Below, in pieces: positions 40,832-53,986 of a stretch of DNA of 64,000 nucleotides. Numbering within the stretch: position 1 is the first letter of the stretch; each line of letters opens with the position of its first letter. Made by a program: the position numbers and the translations under genes. The notes under the pieces are model-generated. The model was not told the origin of the DNA and made no database searches. It was given only the letters and a program-made list of their open reading frames with translations. Origin of the DNA: Takakia lepidozioides (Eukaryota; Plantae; Bryophyta); contig CM060733.1 of NCBI GenBank assembly GCA_030704615.1, forward strand, positions 55,614,001 through 55,678,000, in the 5' to 3' direction.

Positions 40832-43077
40832 TCAAATGAAGAGCTCATGGCGTGTAATCCCTCGTGCCTTCTCTGAACCGCCCAAAGATGTTTGAATTTG
40901 GAAAGGGCAAGGTTCCAAATCCGCCTCTGTAAGGCCCAAGCCTGCAATTGCTGCTCTCCCCAACATCAATGGCTGTGCTCCCGAGTCCAACAAGACCCGC
41001 AGTGGCCTATACCTCCTCCCGGTTGGGCCACCCAATTGAAACACTCCATCCTGATTGTCCACCAGGACTACCCTAGGAGTCACCATGTTGCGCTCAATGG
41101 CTGGCCTAGCTGGCAGCTTCTGCAACCTTGTAGCTGCCGCTTGCCATGGCGCAGCTGTGGCTGACTTCACCCTCAAAGCATCCATAAACTGCACCTTATC
41201 TACTATCTCCGCAGATAGTGCCGATGCATCACCACTCTCACAGAGTCTAGCTGCTAGTCTGAACACAGGAGCTGGCCGAATCCCCGGCATTGTAATGGTC
41301 ATTGCAGAAAATAATGGAGCTTGGCAAACCCTCGTAGCCGCCCCCAACAATGTACTAGCTGCACCTTGCTTTGCAACACCACCCAATGGCATTTCCCGAG
41401 CCACATCAACTCTCCCCAATGACACTCGTGGCTCTACCTTTGACACACTTGGGTGAGCGGGTGCCATTGATGGCGTAGGTGGCACTGTCTCAACCAATGT
41501 AAAAGACTGTGGAAGCCTTGTCTGATGACTTGTTTCCCCCCTTTGTGGATCAAAATCCACAGCCGCTCCTCTTGGCTCAGGAGCATACGTTGCTGCTCGA
41601 GTGACAGCAGCAGCAGAGTCCAATACATGCAATGGCCCTGCAAGTGCGGCTCCACACATGAAGCCCATACCAATCTGGTCTTCCCTAGGCATAGGAGGTT
41701 GTGCAGGTGGAGCTTGAACGTCAGGCCTTGGAGCTGGCGCAACATGAGTAGTGTCCATGGTAGCAAGACGTTGCTCTAGCTGGGCAAGTCTATCCACCAT
41801 GCCTTGGTCTTGACCTTGACCTTGACCCTGTGCTCCTTGGTATTGGTTACAACCTCCACCACGACCTCTACCTCCTCTACCTCTTTGGGCTACATTGCCT
41901 CGTCCTCGGCCACCATTGTTCCCTTGGAACTGGCCTAGTCGTAGCTCAGGATGCAGGTCATAACAATGGGCCTCCTCATGCCCGTACTTGCCACAATGCC
42001 CACATTGTAATTGTGTAGGCTGTGCCTGTGCCGGCCCTTTGCGTATCTCCGAGCAATCCTTCTTGACATGGGGTCCTCCACAATCCCAACATGACACACT
42101 CATCTGTTGCTGGCCTGAGAATAAAGGGAGAGACCTCTGAATCTAAGATCCTCTATGGCCTTCCCTAGGCTTCATCTGAGCCCCCTTGTTGCCTTGAGCA
42201 CGTTGGGGAGTTGGTTGTTGTTGGCTAGGAACTCCACTTCGTTGTGTCTCCTTGCCAAATCCCACCATAACCACCCGCTCGTCCACCATATTGAGTTCTA
42301 TCCGCTCTGCCAGTAAAAAACACATTTGTTAAGGTGGGTTGGGCTACTTGTAGGAGAGTTGCATCCTGCACCCTTCTCCTCAGCTCCTTGTCCAGGATCC
42401 CATACCAGAACTGGACTGCCTGAGCTTCTATAACCCTTGGTAGTTTCTCCTCAACTCCTCAAAGAACTCCACAACTGGATTAAAGGCAGGCACGGGTGCT
42501 GGTGCTGTAGCAGGAGCTTGAGTGGATTTCCCAGCTCATGTACCACTTATCCCACTACTAGTGCTTGCAGTTGGAGATGTTTGTGTAGCTGCTGGTGTCG
42601 CCGCTGCCCTTGTGCTTCTAGTGACGGAGACATAGTTAGGTGACCAATACTCTCGCCACTCCTCAATCTCCACCGCATGTCCCCGCCTAAATTCATGGTA
42701 ATCATCCATGGGCGGCCCCTCAAGGTGCTGGAATAGCCCCTTCCATGCCATAAAGGGCGTAAACAGTTGTGGATTGCGCATTTGCTGCAAATCACACCAA
42801 CGTCAAACTCTTGTATGAAGTCATCAAGCTCGATGGTGCCCACAGCTCTAGAGTATCTATGTGGCCCCTTGGTAGCTCCATACATCTCCTCCATCGTGTC
42901 CCACAACAATGGCACGGAAATGGCTTGCACCCTCGGTGAGAATCCTCCTGACTCCAAGTCTGAGCCTTCCTCAGAAGACACTGAAGTTGAAGGTGACCTA
43001 AACCGCACACCTCGTCTTGTGTACCCACTAGTATCGCTGGTGCTCGTACCGGCACTCCCCTCAGCAATTGGTGGCAC
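40832..43077 (-). pseudogene. gag: gag (two zinc knuckles) and aspartic protease
   Basis: IELDDFIQEFD, CWDCGGPHVKKDC, CGHCGKYGHEEAHC, protease VLLDSGAQPLMLG; frameshifts present. Confidence 0.85.
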
Positions 43078-44132
43078 CTCCGTGATGAAAACTCACAACC
43101 CAACCGGTTGTCAACCTGTTTCTAATCCCCACTTTCTACAAGGTAACTGGGTAGAGAACCTGTTGCGGCCTATGGCTTAGACTAGTACCACGTTTGTAAC
43201 ATAAACCTACACCTGCACCTGCATCCACCGCAAGCACTCATATGGTCTGCTGGTCATCAACCCAGCCTCACCATAAGAGAAACAATGATGGTCTGACTGG
43301 TCATCACCCCAGCCTCACCACCGACAGCACGCTCTCGGATTGGCCGGTGATCAAATCCGGACCAACCTCCTATGAAAACAAGCGCCCATACAAAACTGAC
43401 ATGGCGCACAATCAAACATGCAGGTGTGGGGGGGGATCCAAACATAAGAAAATCAAGACAGTAACTCCCCCACACCAAAAAAAAACACTCCACAGTGTCG
43501 CTCCTGCAAGGACACCCCAGCCCAAACCCGGACTGACTCTTGCATCCACCTACGGAAAGGTTTTGGCCTACATAGAGGGTGGAAGCCTACGGGGAAGAGA
43601 AACTAAAGCAATTCCTAATCCCAAAATGCTCTAATCCCGCTAGTCTCCCCCCATCTCTAAACGCTCTTGCTCATGACCAACAGACATAACTACCTTCCAG
43701 GGTCTCTCAAATAACTCTCCAAGAGCCCTCAAGATGTCTCTCAAACAATCTCACTAAGGCCCCCAAAGCCTGCCAAATCTTGGCCCTCAAGGACCCCAAA
43801 AATTCTTTCAGACAAGTCGCCAAAGACTCCTTAAGCTCGCCAAATATTAGCCTCCAATGACCCCAAAATAGTCCTCCAAATAGCCCTCCAAAGGCTCCAA
43901 ATGTTTGCCAAATATTGGTCTTCAAGGACCCCCAATAGTCCTCCAAACAGTCCTCCAAACACCCCTTCAAGAGCTCTTCAATGTGTCATACAAAAGCTCC
44001 TCAAAGTGTATTCCAAAAGCTCCTCAAATGGCCCCCCAAAGATCCTCCAAAGGCAATACTCCTCCAGATACACCCTAGATGTCATACTCTTTTAATGAAA
44101 ACGTATGGTAGGCAAAGTCTCTCCACTTGTAT

Positions 44133-44305
44133 CCATACTCTGTTCACAAAAAAGTATGGTGGGGCAGAGGGAGCCCATACACTGTTCACAAAAACGTATG
44201 TTGGGCAGAGGGGGCCCATACCCTGTTCACAAAAGTGTATGTTGGGCAGAGGGGTTCCATACATTGTTCACAAAAGAGTATGGTGGGGCAGAGGGAGCCC
44301 ATACT
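44133..44305. repeat. Four ~42-44 bp tandem units inside the LTR
   Basis: CCATACxCTGTTCACAAAAxxGTATG(G/T)TGGG(G)CAGAGGG repeated four times. Confidence 0.8.
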
Positions 44306-44898
44306 TAGTTTCTTGAAGAGTATGGAGACTAGGGTTTGTAGAGTATAGTAAGAAACACCTTCTTCATGGTATCTTCCCCCCTAACATGCATGCAAGATTG
44401 CATTATCTTACTTTGCAATGCATTCATCCCAAATTGACAAGTTCCTCTTGATCTCCTTGGAACTCATAGCAAGCTAATGTGCCCAATGACGAGAGCTCCT
44501 ATTCTGTCAGTAAACAGCTCAATTCCATCAGTGACAGAGGTCAACGAAGGTCAGCACGAACATTTGCCCTTGCCCAACGAACCTGCCCATAAACTACACC
44601 TTCGACTAACGAAGGTGACAACATTCGCTCAGCCATGGTGCTTCCAAAAATTATCATTTTTCCCCACTTCACCCCGAACCTTCGTCCATCGAAGGTGGAG
44701 GATGATATAGCAATGTAAAATTTATTTTAATTTTTATTAATTAATTAAATAATAATAATAATAATAATAATAATAACCGAAAATTTTCATTTTTCCCAAC
44801 TTCACCCTGATTATCTTCTTCATCCTCCACCTTTGGCCAACGAAGGGTTCTCCGCGGCCATCTAGCCTTCAACAACAGTGAAATAAACTCAAACCACC

Positions 44899-47800
44899 AT
44901 GGTGGTAATGACAAGATATTCTGGTTGGTCCTTCAACGTTTGTACATTATTGGAAGCAGGACCTTCAGAGAGGGAAGAGGAAGTTACTTCAGTATCACAG
45001 CCATCACAGCCAAATGATCGGCTTGTCACAGAGTTACCACAAGTTGTCCATGCAATTCCACCAAAAATAATTGATTTGGAGAAAGAAGGGTTAGATATTC
45101 CCACTACAGAACATGTGGTGGCAGAAATTGAGAAGGGGGACCTTCTCTATGAATATTCTGGTCTGGTCAAGGAAACATTGATTCCGGAGGTGCAACGGTT
45201 GTCCAGGGGAAACCCTGCGGTGCATATAATACACACACCTGTGACAGAGGTACCACAGGTAGAATGTCAAGACACTGCAGCACCGGTGACGGATGAAGTG
45301 GTTCAGGAAGAAAATCTGGTGGGGCAACGTCCTGAGTGGTTCGTGAGGCATCACACTGTTGAGGATCAGGGAGAACAGCAGCAAGCTCACCATGATGACC
45401 CTCAACAGGCCATGCTTATGAGTTCCATAAGCAGGACACTTAATTTGTTGGGCACTTATGTCAAATCCCATGTTCCAACTTCCCAATTGGTAGCTTTGAG
45501 GGAGGAACTCAGGAAGGAGTTTGAGGCTCGACTTGCCACTGCGTGTGCAAACAAGGTCGATGAAGAGGTCACTCTCAAGATGCAGCAAGACTTAGAGAGT
45601 ACAGAAGCGGCTTTGCAATTGGCCAAGGAACAATTGATTGAGGCAGGCCTCGCGCAAGACCAGTTGCACGAAGCACATAAGCAACAGCTATACCAAATGC
45701 AGGTGAAGCATGAAAGTAAGTTGCAAGAAGTGAATGCACAACATACGGAGTTGCAGACAGTGCATGACATGATGGCCATACAATGTGCTACACTCACAAC
45801 TATGTTTGACCAAGCTACAATAGAAATAAACAGTCAAGCGGAAAGATGTACGAAGGCAGAGGCAGAGAATGTTGAGCAAGTGAAACTCATTGTCGATATG
45901 AAGAATACAATCTGTCGCAATGAAAGTACTTTCAAGCAATACAGGCAGGTTGAAGCTGACCAAGAGAGGTACATCCTTGAGTTGCAACAAACACTCATGT
46001 CCAATAGAACTGAACTCTCTGTGGCTAACAAGGCTTGGAAGGAAGCCAATAATCTGGCTGCTGCCTATGCGAGTTTGGTTGAACCTCATGCAAAGCGCAT
46101 GGAGGCTTTAAAGCAGCAGATAGATGTGTACAGGCTCACAGAGGAGCAGACTCTCAAGGGTGCCACAAGCAACTTGGTGGATAACCACCTTATGCAGGTC
46201 TGGTTAGCACAAGGGCCAGTGGAGGGCAAAGCACCACGAAAGCTCACCCAAAGCGAGATGAATGAGCTCAGACTGCAAGTGCAGAACATTGCCACAACTA
46301 CTATAGACAATGTCTATAGTAGGATAGCGGAGTTATAGGAGGATGTAGACGGCCTGCAGACTCAAGTGGAGGAACTCACTTCAAATATCGACAAGAGAGT
46401 CTGTGTACCTGAGGAACAACTAATGGCTTCTTATTTACAAGCGAGAACTTTGGCTTTTCAGTCTTCTTCACAGGGGGTGCAGGAGATGCCAATGGTACAA
46501 GAGCCAGTGCCACCAACACCACAACAAATCACTGTGCCAGTAGCTGACCCTGTTGTTACTACAGCCACACCACAGCCACCACAGCCTGAGGTATGGGGGA
46601 ATGCTGCTTTTAACCCACCTAAAATTCCAGCTGCACGGGAGTACAGTAGGGCTATGATTATGCCCTTCAACCAAATTCCCATTGTGTTGGATTTGGCTTG
46701 GAAAGAATTTAATCATCTGCAGTCCTTGGCACATTACTATCAAATCATGCGCATTTGGCTGCCAGTGGCCACTGACTTGTGAATTGTGCAAATATTTCCA
46801 ATGACGATTAGTGAGGGAAATGGTTAGAACAACGGGTAGGAAGATAAAGCCAGGAGCAAAGACTGGAAGGGGGCACTTCTTGGGGGGGCTTCGGACATCA
46901 CTGGGGGAGATGAGGCAAAGAGCGCATCTCTGAGCAGAAAGAGGGAGAGCACGGAGTAGGAGGAGGACGATCTGTTGATGCTTAGTGAATGCAAGCAGTA
47001 GAGTTGTAATGTAGAGCAGATTAGAGACTGCATGGCTTCAGCCTGATACTTGATAGATATTAATCTGATACATACTTCATACTCACATTGTGTAGAGAGA
47101 TCTGAGTGAAGCTGTGGAATGAATGGATGAGTTGATGGAATCCGATAGATTGCTGAAGCAAACTGATACTTAATTACCAACAGTGAGGTAACTAGCTAAC
47201 ATGAATGCGGGAAGGAAAACAAATAGGAAACACCCCCATGATACACTAGCTGTAGGTCATGACTGATTGTTCTGAGCGGGCTGAGTGCTTAGAGATTTCC
47301 AACGCTTCTATCTTGGAGTTTCCGCCTCGGATAGCGAAGGGATGGGTGAGTAAAAACCGCGCGACACAACTACTATAGACAATGTGTATAGTAGGATAGC
47401 AGAGCTACAGGAGGATGTAGACGGCCTGCAAACTCAGGTGGAGGACCTAGCATCAAATATTGACAAGAGAGTCTTTGTACCTGAGGAGTAGTTGATGGCT
47501 TCTTATTTACAAGCCAGAACTTTAGCTTTTCAGACTTCTTCGCAGGGGGTGCAGGAGATGTCAGTGGTACAAGAGCCAGTGCTACCAATACCACAACAAG
47601 TGACTGCAACAGTAGCTGACCTTGTTGTTACTACAGCCACACCACAGCCACCACAGCCTGAGGTATGGGGGGATGCTGCTTTTAACCCACCTAAAACTCC
47701 TGCTGCACGGGAGTACAGTCGGGCTATGATTATGCCCTTCAACCAAATTCCCATTGTGTTGGATTTGGCTTGGAAGGAATTTAGTCCTCCGCAGTCGTTG

Positions 47801-49215
47801 GCACATTACTATCAGATCATGCGCATTTAGCTGCCAGTGGCAACTAGGACTAGGGTTCTTCCAAACAATCGACCAATTGAGCATCATCACTTTGCAAGGT
47901 ACTGGCATGAGGCAAGTATCATGTTGAAGGAATTAATTGCCTTCTAAGTTGTACATGGATTCATTTATACCAAGACCAAGGAGGTAGCAAGTATTGTCAC
48001 GGGCTGCGGGTTATACTACGCTGCTTGTTTTCTGGCACGTTATCACATTGAGCAGCAGAAGATGCAATCGCGCTTTTTGAGTTATTCTAGTGGGGATCAT
48101 TGGATCTTACCTTCAGTGCCACCTCATATGTACCTATATGAGGCAAAAGTTATGATGCAAAAGGATTCTCAAATTCGTTCATGGTTTCATGCGGCCTGGA
48201 ACAATTTGTCAACACAGAAATTTGGGCCTGATGATATTTTCTTTAAGGGCCATGAGGCATGGAAAAACTTGCACAATTCACAAGTCATTGGTACCCCACT
48301 AACCTGGACAGACAAGGAGCTCAGGGTCTTCACCAATTTTGCCATTCAGCGCTTACAGCAAGTTTTGCAGTTTAAACTCCCAGACATGGTGGGACCACAT
48401 TGTATGCCCCAGAGGATTCGAGTTAGAGTTCGACCGTTAAAACACCTCAGGGGGACACAACCCAACACAGCCAGTCACAACCCGATACAGCCACCACAGC
48501 TTCACACAGCCCTACACAGCCCGACACAGCCAGTCACAACCCACCACAGCCTGATACAGCCAGTCACAGCTCGGCACAGCTGGGGAACAGTTATCATTGA
48601 CAGGGAACCACGGTGGGGGAACAACATCTGAAAAAGGAACGTGTACTACAGGGATGACGGTTAATTAGGAAAGCGGTTAGAACAGCTTGTAGGTAGAAAA
48701 AGCGAAGAGCGGGGGAGGTCGGAAATCACTTCACGGTAGGGGACTTCGGAGATCGGGGCTGGGAAATAGAGGGGAGAGCACATCTCTGAGGGGAAAGATG
48801 AAGAGCACGGAGTAGGAGAAGTGACGATCTGTTGTTACTTGATGAATGCAAGCTATAGAATTGTAATGTAGAGTAGATTAGAGACACCATGGCTTCAGCC
48901 TGATACTTGATAGATATTAATCTGATACATACTTCATACTCACACTGTGTAGAGAGACCTGAGTGAAGCTGTGGAATGAATGGATGGAACTTGATAGATT
49001 TCCAAAGCAAAATGATACTTAATTGCAGATAGTAAGGTAACTCGCTAACATGAATGTGGGAAGGAGCACAAATAGGAAACACCCCCATGATACACTAGCT
49101 GTAGGTCATGACTGATTGTTCTGAGCGGGCTGAGTGCTTAGAGATTTCCAACTCTTCTATCTTGGAGTTCCCACCACGGATAGCGAAGGGATGGGTGAGT
49201 AAAAGCCGCTCGACA
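44899..49215 (+). mobile_element. Second copy of the env-position-ORF LTR element, with internal duplication, inserted in an Athila-like pol
   Basis: 479-aa coiled-coil ORF 44899-46338 with continuations. A partial LTR (~46800-47365) and an LTR (~48430-49215) both end ..CGACA. Segment 46290-46780 is duplicated at 47366-47850. Confidence 0.75.
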
Positions 49216-52200
49216 ACTCGCAAAATATATTGGATGATCAAATGATTTTTCATCCTTCTGACTTAAAACGCTACCAATAGCATAGTTTGAAGCATCCACA
49301 TAAACCTGGAACTCTTTATTCCAATCGGGGGAAATCAAGATAGCCGCCTTTATCAATCGACCTTTTAATTCATGAAAAGAATGTTGGCATTCTTTTGTCC
49401 ACTGTTGCTCGGCATCGTGTTTCAATAATTGCGTCAATGGTAAGGCAATTTCGGCATACCGATGGATAAAGCGGCGATAGTAACCCACATGGCCCAAAAA
49501 GGCACGTACCTCTGTCACTGTCGTGGGGGTAGGTAATTGGACAACAATCTCAATCTTGGTGGGGTCAGTCGATATCCCTTGAATTGATACAATATGGCCT
49601 AAAAGCTTCCCCTTGGTAACCAGAAATTGACATTTTCCGGCATTCAGAGAGATTCCATACTCCATACGTTTTTGAAAGCACAGCTCCAACATCTCAGCAT
49701 GTGTTGCTTTGCTGCTAAAGACACAAAAATCATCCATGAATAGACGCAAATAATCCTGAAAGGCGGCAGTCATCACGCGTTGAAACGTAGCATGAGCATT
49801 GCAAAGTCCGAAGGGCATGACTTTATAGGCATAAGTGCCCCAATCGGTGGTAAAAGTAGTCTTAGGCCGATCCTCTTCTGCGATCGTGATCTGATTATAA
49901 CCAGAAAAACCATCGAGGAAAGAATAACACTCATGGCCCGCTACTGCATCCAAAATAGTATCAGTGAAAGGTAATGGAAAATAATCCTTTCGAGTCCCGC
50001 TATAAGGTACAGGATAAATGAATCCAGCAGCTAACAATTTGTCCAACTTTTCTTTAACCAACATAGAATATTTAGGATTCAATCGATGTTGGCGTTGCCG
50101 TACTGGCATTGCTCCTTCCTCCAATATAATGCGATGCTGGCAAATTTCTGGGGGTACACCCCGAAGATCAGTATAGGTCCATGCAAAAGCCGTACGATGT
50201 TTCTGGAAGAACTCCTTCCACATAGACAATTCATTTGATGGGATTGCGCATAAATAATAATGTCATTGGGCTCAGCAGCTGTATTCAAACTCAAGGTTTG
50301 ATAGGGGTCCTTCTTTACCAATGGAGCACGGTTATCATCAGCCGAGTCATACCACGCGATATCTTCCGACGTGGTGGCCTCTTCCCACTCAGATTCATGC
50401 TGCACCAAATCGGGCTCCCTCCCATCGCAAGATAGCATCATCAGAGTCACTATCGAAATCACCATGCCAGGGGTACTCCCCTAGATTAGCACAGTGGTAG
50501 ATCCGCTGGCTCCGTGTATGTTTAGGTGACAATGGTAGGACTTGAAGATCACTATCGGTGTCAGTGGTCCTCTCGTCAGCTTCAGAGGTAAACCCAGATT
50601 CTATCTCCTGTGTCTCCCCATGATATGCTACTGGGTACATTTGCAACACCACCTTTTGTTCTCCTTTACCCAAAGTCAAAGTGCCTTTCCCCCAATCATT
50701 TTTAGCTTTAGACTGGAACAACCAAGAATAGGCCGAGACATTTAGTCGGAAGACAACATAATCAATGGAATACTCAATAGCAACAATTATAGTTGGGACG
50801 GCAGTCAGGACGCCCATTGGTTTGACACGGCTTTGATCGGCCATCCGCAACACCAATCGAGTGTTCTGTAAACCACCAAGTCCTAGCTCCTCCATTGTGT
50901 CGGAACTCATTAAGTTGACACTAGAACCATCGTCAATTTGAACTCCAGTAATAACAACGCCATCTATTGTCACATCAAGGACGGGGGCACTTGGATCCGG
51001 ATTGAGTGTGGATATGCTCACTTCATGGACATCATTATTCGATGCCTGTTTCCGCACTAGAGATGACTGCAAAGAAGCCCGGCATTGCGATAGCCAACAG
51101 CTGCCGCAAAGAAATAGCAGGTTGCAAAGTGTCCTGGTCCTTAAGTATATCATAATGAACCAAGCCCTTAGTCAGTGCCATGACCCTTCTCCGTTGAGAC
51201 CCCTTGGGATGTCCTATCTTGCCATTGCCCATTTTCGGACCAGTATACTTCCCTCTATTTCTCCGCTAGACTGGCTCCGTTCTGGATTGGGGTATCGCAA
51301 CTGAGATGACAGGATCCGGGTCGATAGAGTCCACGATAGTGGAAGGTGGATGGACAACCAAACTAGACGATATCATCGTTGGTATCGGATGAATATCGGG
51401 CATAATGGGCAAAGATTGTTGTACCTCCTCGATTGGCTTGCAGTTCATGCTATCGGGGGTTTTTAAGGCAGAGTCTTCCACGATAGGGTCCATCGGCAAT
51501 AACTTACGAGCTCTGGTGGTAACCGCTTTAACCATGGGATTATCTGTCTCAGCATTAAAATAATGAGATTGCAAAGGGGTATCGGCTGCTTCCATCTTGC
51601 CTTGCCTTTCAACGTGGCTATCTTATCAGCCAAATTCATATCACTCACACATTCTTGTACTGTTACTCAGTTCACAACTCGATTGGTATTAGTATTTCCA
51701 AAAGAATGTGATGGCCCTGCAGTTGGTGGTACTGGTCCTCAACCAGGAGGTGTAGGGATTGATGAAGTTTGCTGATGGATGGGATTTTGGGGGTATGGAC
51801 TCTCACATTGTTTAGCAGTATGTCCCTGACCTCCACAACGCCCACAAAGCAGGATATAATCAACCAGGGCTTTCGGATTAGGGCATAATTCGCTAGCAAT
51901 ATGTCCAATCTCATGACAACGATAGCAAACCGGATATTGACCATTCCTCAATCGTCGAGCCGGTGGCCGATAAGGAGCATTGGTCTGTTGTGGATACATC
52001 TGCTGCTGTTGGCCTCCTCCGCCCCCGTAGGTTTGATCATAAGCTCCCTGAGGTGGTATCCCCCGCATTGTCGAGTAGGCTGATTAGCCGACTGGTACCA
52101 GCTCTGGGGTCCTCGAGTTGGTCTCTAGGGTTGCTGAATCTGGGGAGGTTGGTCAGACCATTGAATAGCCACATGCTGGTTGGCAGATGGTGGGGTCAAC

Positions 52201-53900
52201 CCGATTTGATTGACATCCCAACCCGTCCTTGGTTTATTCTTTATTGGAGTTAGACCCATGGCCGATTGTAAATGCCAACATTGTAATATCACATGTCCTG
52301 TTTTACCACAATAACCACATTTAGCAGCAGCTCCATTAATGGGATTGGTCACTGGGCCCACTGGGCACTCATTAGCAAGATGTCCATGAACCTGACAATT
52401 AGAACACCACATATTGGGTCGCTGATTATTTGGCTTGGGTCTCCCTTCTCGTTTAGAGGCTAATTGCATGGAGAGTTCCTCCATTTTCTTAGTCAATGCA
52501 GCAATTTGCCCTTCTTGTGGGTCAACTACTACACCAGCTGGTAGTTGATTTTGCAAAGATACAGGGGCATACATTCCCACAGTAGACTGAATTGAAGGCG
52601 GAGACATAGTCACTGGAGCTGATGATGCTTGTGGGGCCCAGGAATCAGTATCAAACAGTGTCGTGGGCCCAACTGAATAAGTAGTGACATTAATAGTCTC
52701 CCATAACTTAGCCCGATTAATTGCTGCCTGTAAATCGGCAGGAATACCTTCTTTAACAAAACGTTTCAGTTCTGCTGGAGCCAACCCTTCTACAAATAGG
52801 CCCATCTGCATATGGTTAGGAATATTATGATTCTTCCATCGCCGAAGAATATCCTCTAGGCGGCCTACAAATGAATCGACCGACTCGCCTTTCACCATAT
52901 GGAAATTTGTCAGTTGCTCCCGTAGACGATCGGTAAAACCCAAGGGTCGAAACCGTGTTAGGAAAGCTGTTTTTAAGGTGTTCCAATCAGGAAATGCTCC
53001 ATGCTGTTGTCGATCATACCATTGAAATGCTAATTCCCGCAAAGTAGCAGGGAACATTGTCAACCAATAGAATTCCGTCCTGGCATTATTAGCAATACAA
53101 GCTGTCATAAATTGAGCCAAATGGCGGTCAGGATCTGACCCTTGCAACCCCGTAAATTGTGGCAGGGGCGATACATTGACAGTTTTATCGTTAGGCGTTC
53201 CCACATTCACCACCACCGGAATTGATTGGAGAGTAGCCACAATTGGTACTGCCGCCATTGGTACTAGTACAATAGGTGATACAATAGGTGGTGCAAGGAC
53301 TGCAATAGGGGACACGATAGGTGGTGCCGATGCAGCTGCCTGTGCGGCTAATAATGCTCGTCGTGCTATCGGGACTGCCAATCGATCGGATCTGGCTTTA
53401 GCCTTATGTTTGGCGGTTACGGGAGATTCTCTCATACCCCATAACCCCTTCTTCTTAATTGACAATACAAGATGATCTCCTCGATTTCTTGCAACAGTCA
53501 ATTCAAGTGTTCTTGACGTTTCCTCTTCTTCAGGCAATAGTTGAATCTGCTCCTCTTGCGCTATCGCCAGAGCTAGCATCTCTACTTTTTGTTAACTGAG
53601 AACAGGGAGGCTCAACTGTCTCTCGCGCCTTCTTCTGAGTCCAAAAACATTCCGGGATCTCTGCCTTCTTATGCTGCTTACATAAACTACAATAAGGACG
53701 TAGTTTGAAACCAGGTGGGAAAACCTTACTATTACGAGTAATTTCCCCCATCATCTCGTAATCCCTCAACAGAAAGTAATTATCTTGAAATTTTAGTAAA
53801 GCATCACTATAGCAAACCGCATCGTCTTTCCCTGGCAGCGGCGCCAAAAAGATGTAATATAAAACTAAAAGAGGATGAATTAGTTCTAAAGTTCGTTCAC
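49216..53900 (-). mobile_element. Athila-like Ty3/Gypsy gag-pol (degenerate, cut off in RNase H)
   Basis: LTR end TATTACA at 53853 and PBS TGGCGCCGCTGCCAGG (53846-53831, Athila-like tRNA-Asp type). gag PQFTG..DPDRHL, CCHC knuckles, protease QIDDGSSVNLM, RT FLDGFSGYNQI/MPFGLCNA/FMDDF, RH VDASNYAIG. Confidence 0.88.
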
Positions 53901-53944
53901 TGGGGAAAGCACTATACGGTTGTAAAATAATGATGCTAGGCTAT

Positions 53945-53947
<3 letters not shown>

Positions 53948-53982
<35 letters not shown>
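53948..53982. repeat. (TC)n microsatellite
   Basis: About 17 TC units, read directly. Confidence 0.95.

Positions 53983-53986
<4 letters not shown>

Noticed and set aside
44899-53900. Treating the coiled-coil ORF and the Athila-like gag-pol as one element
   Set aside because: They are on opposite strands with different LTR ends (..CGACA vs ..TATTACA), and the LTR end at 49215 cuts RNase H, indicating nesting.
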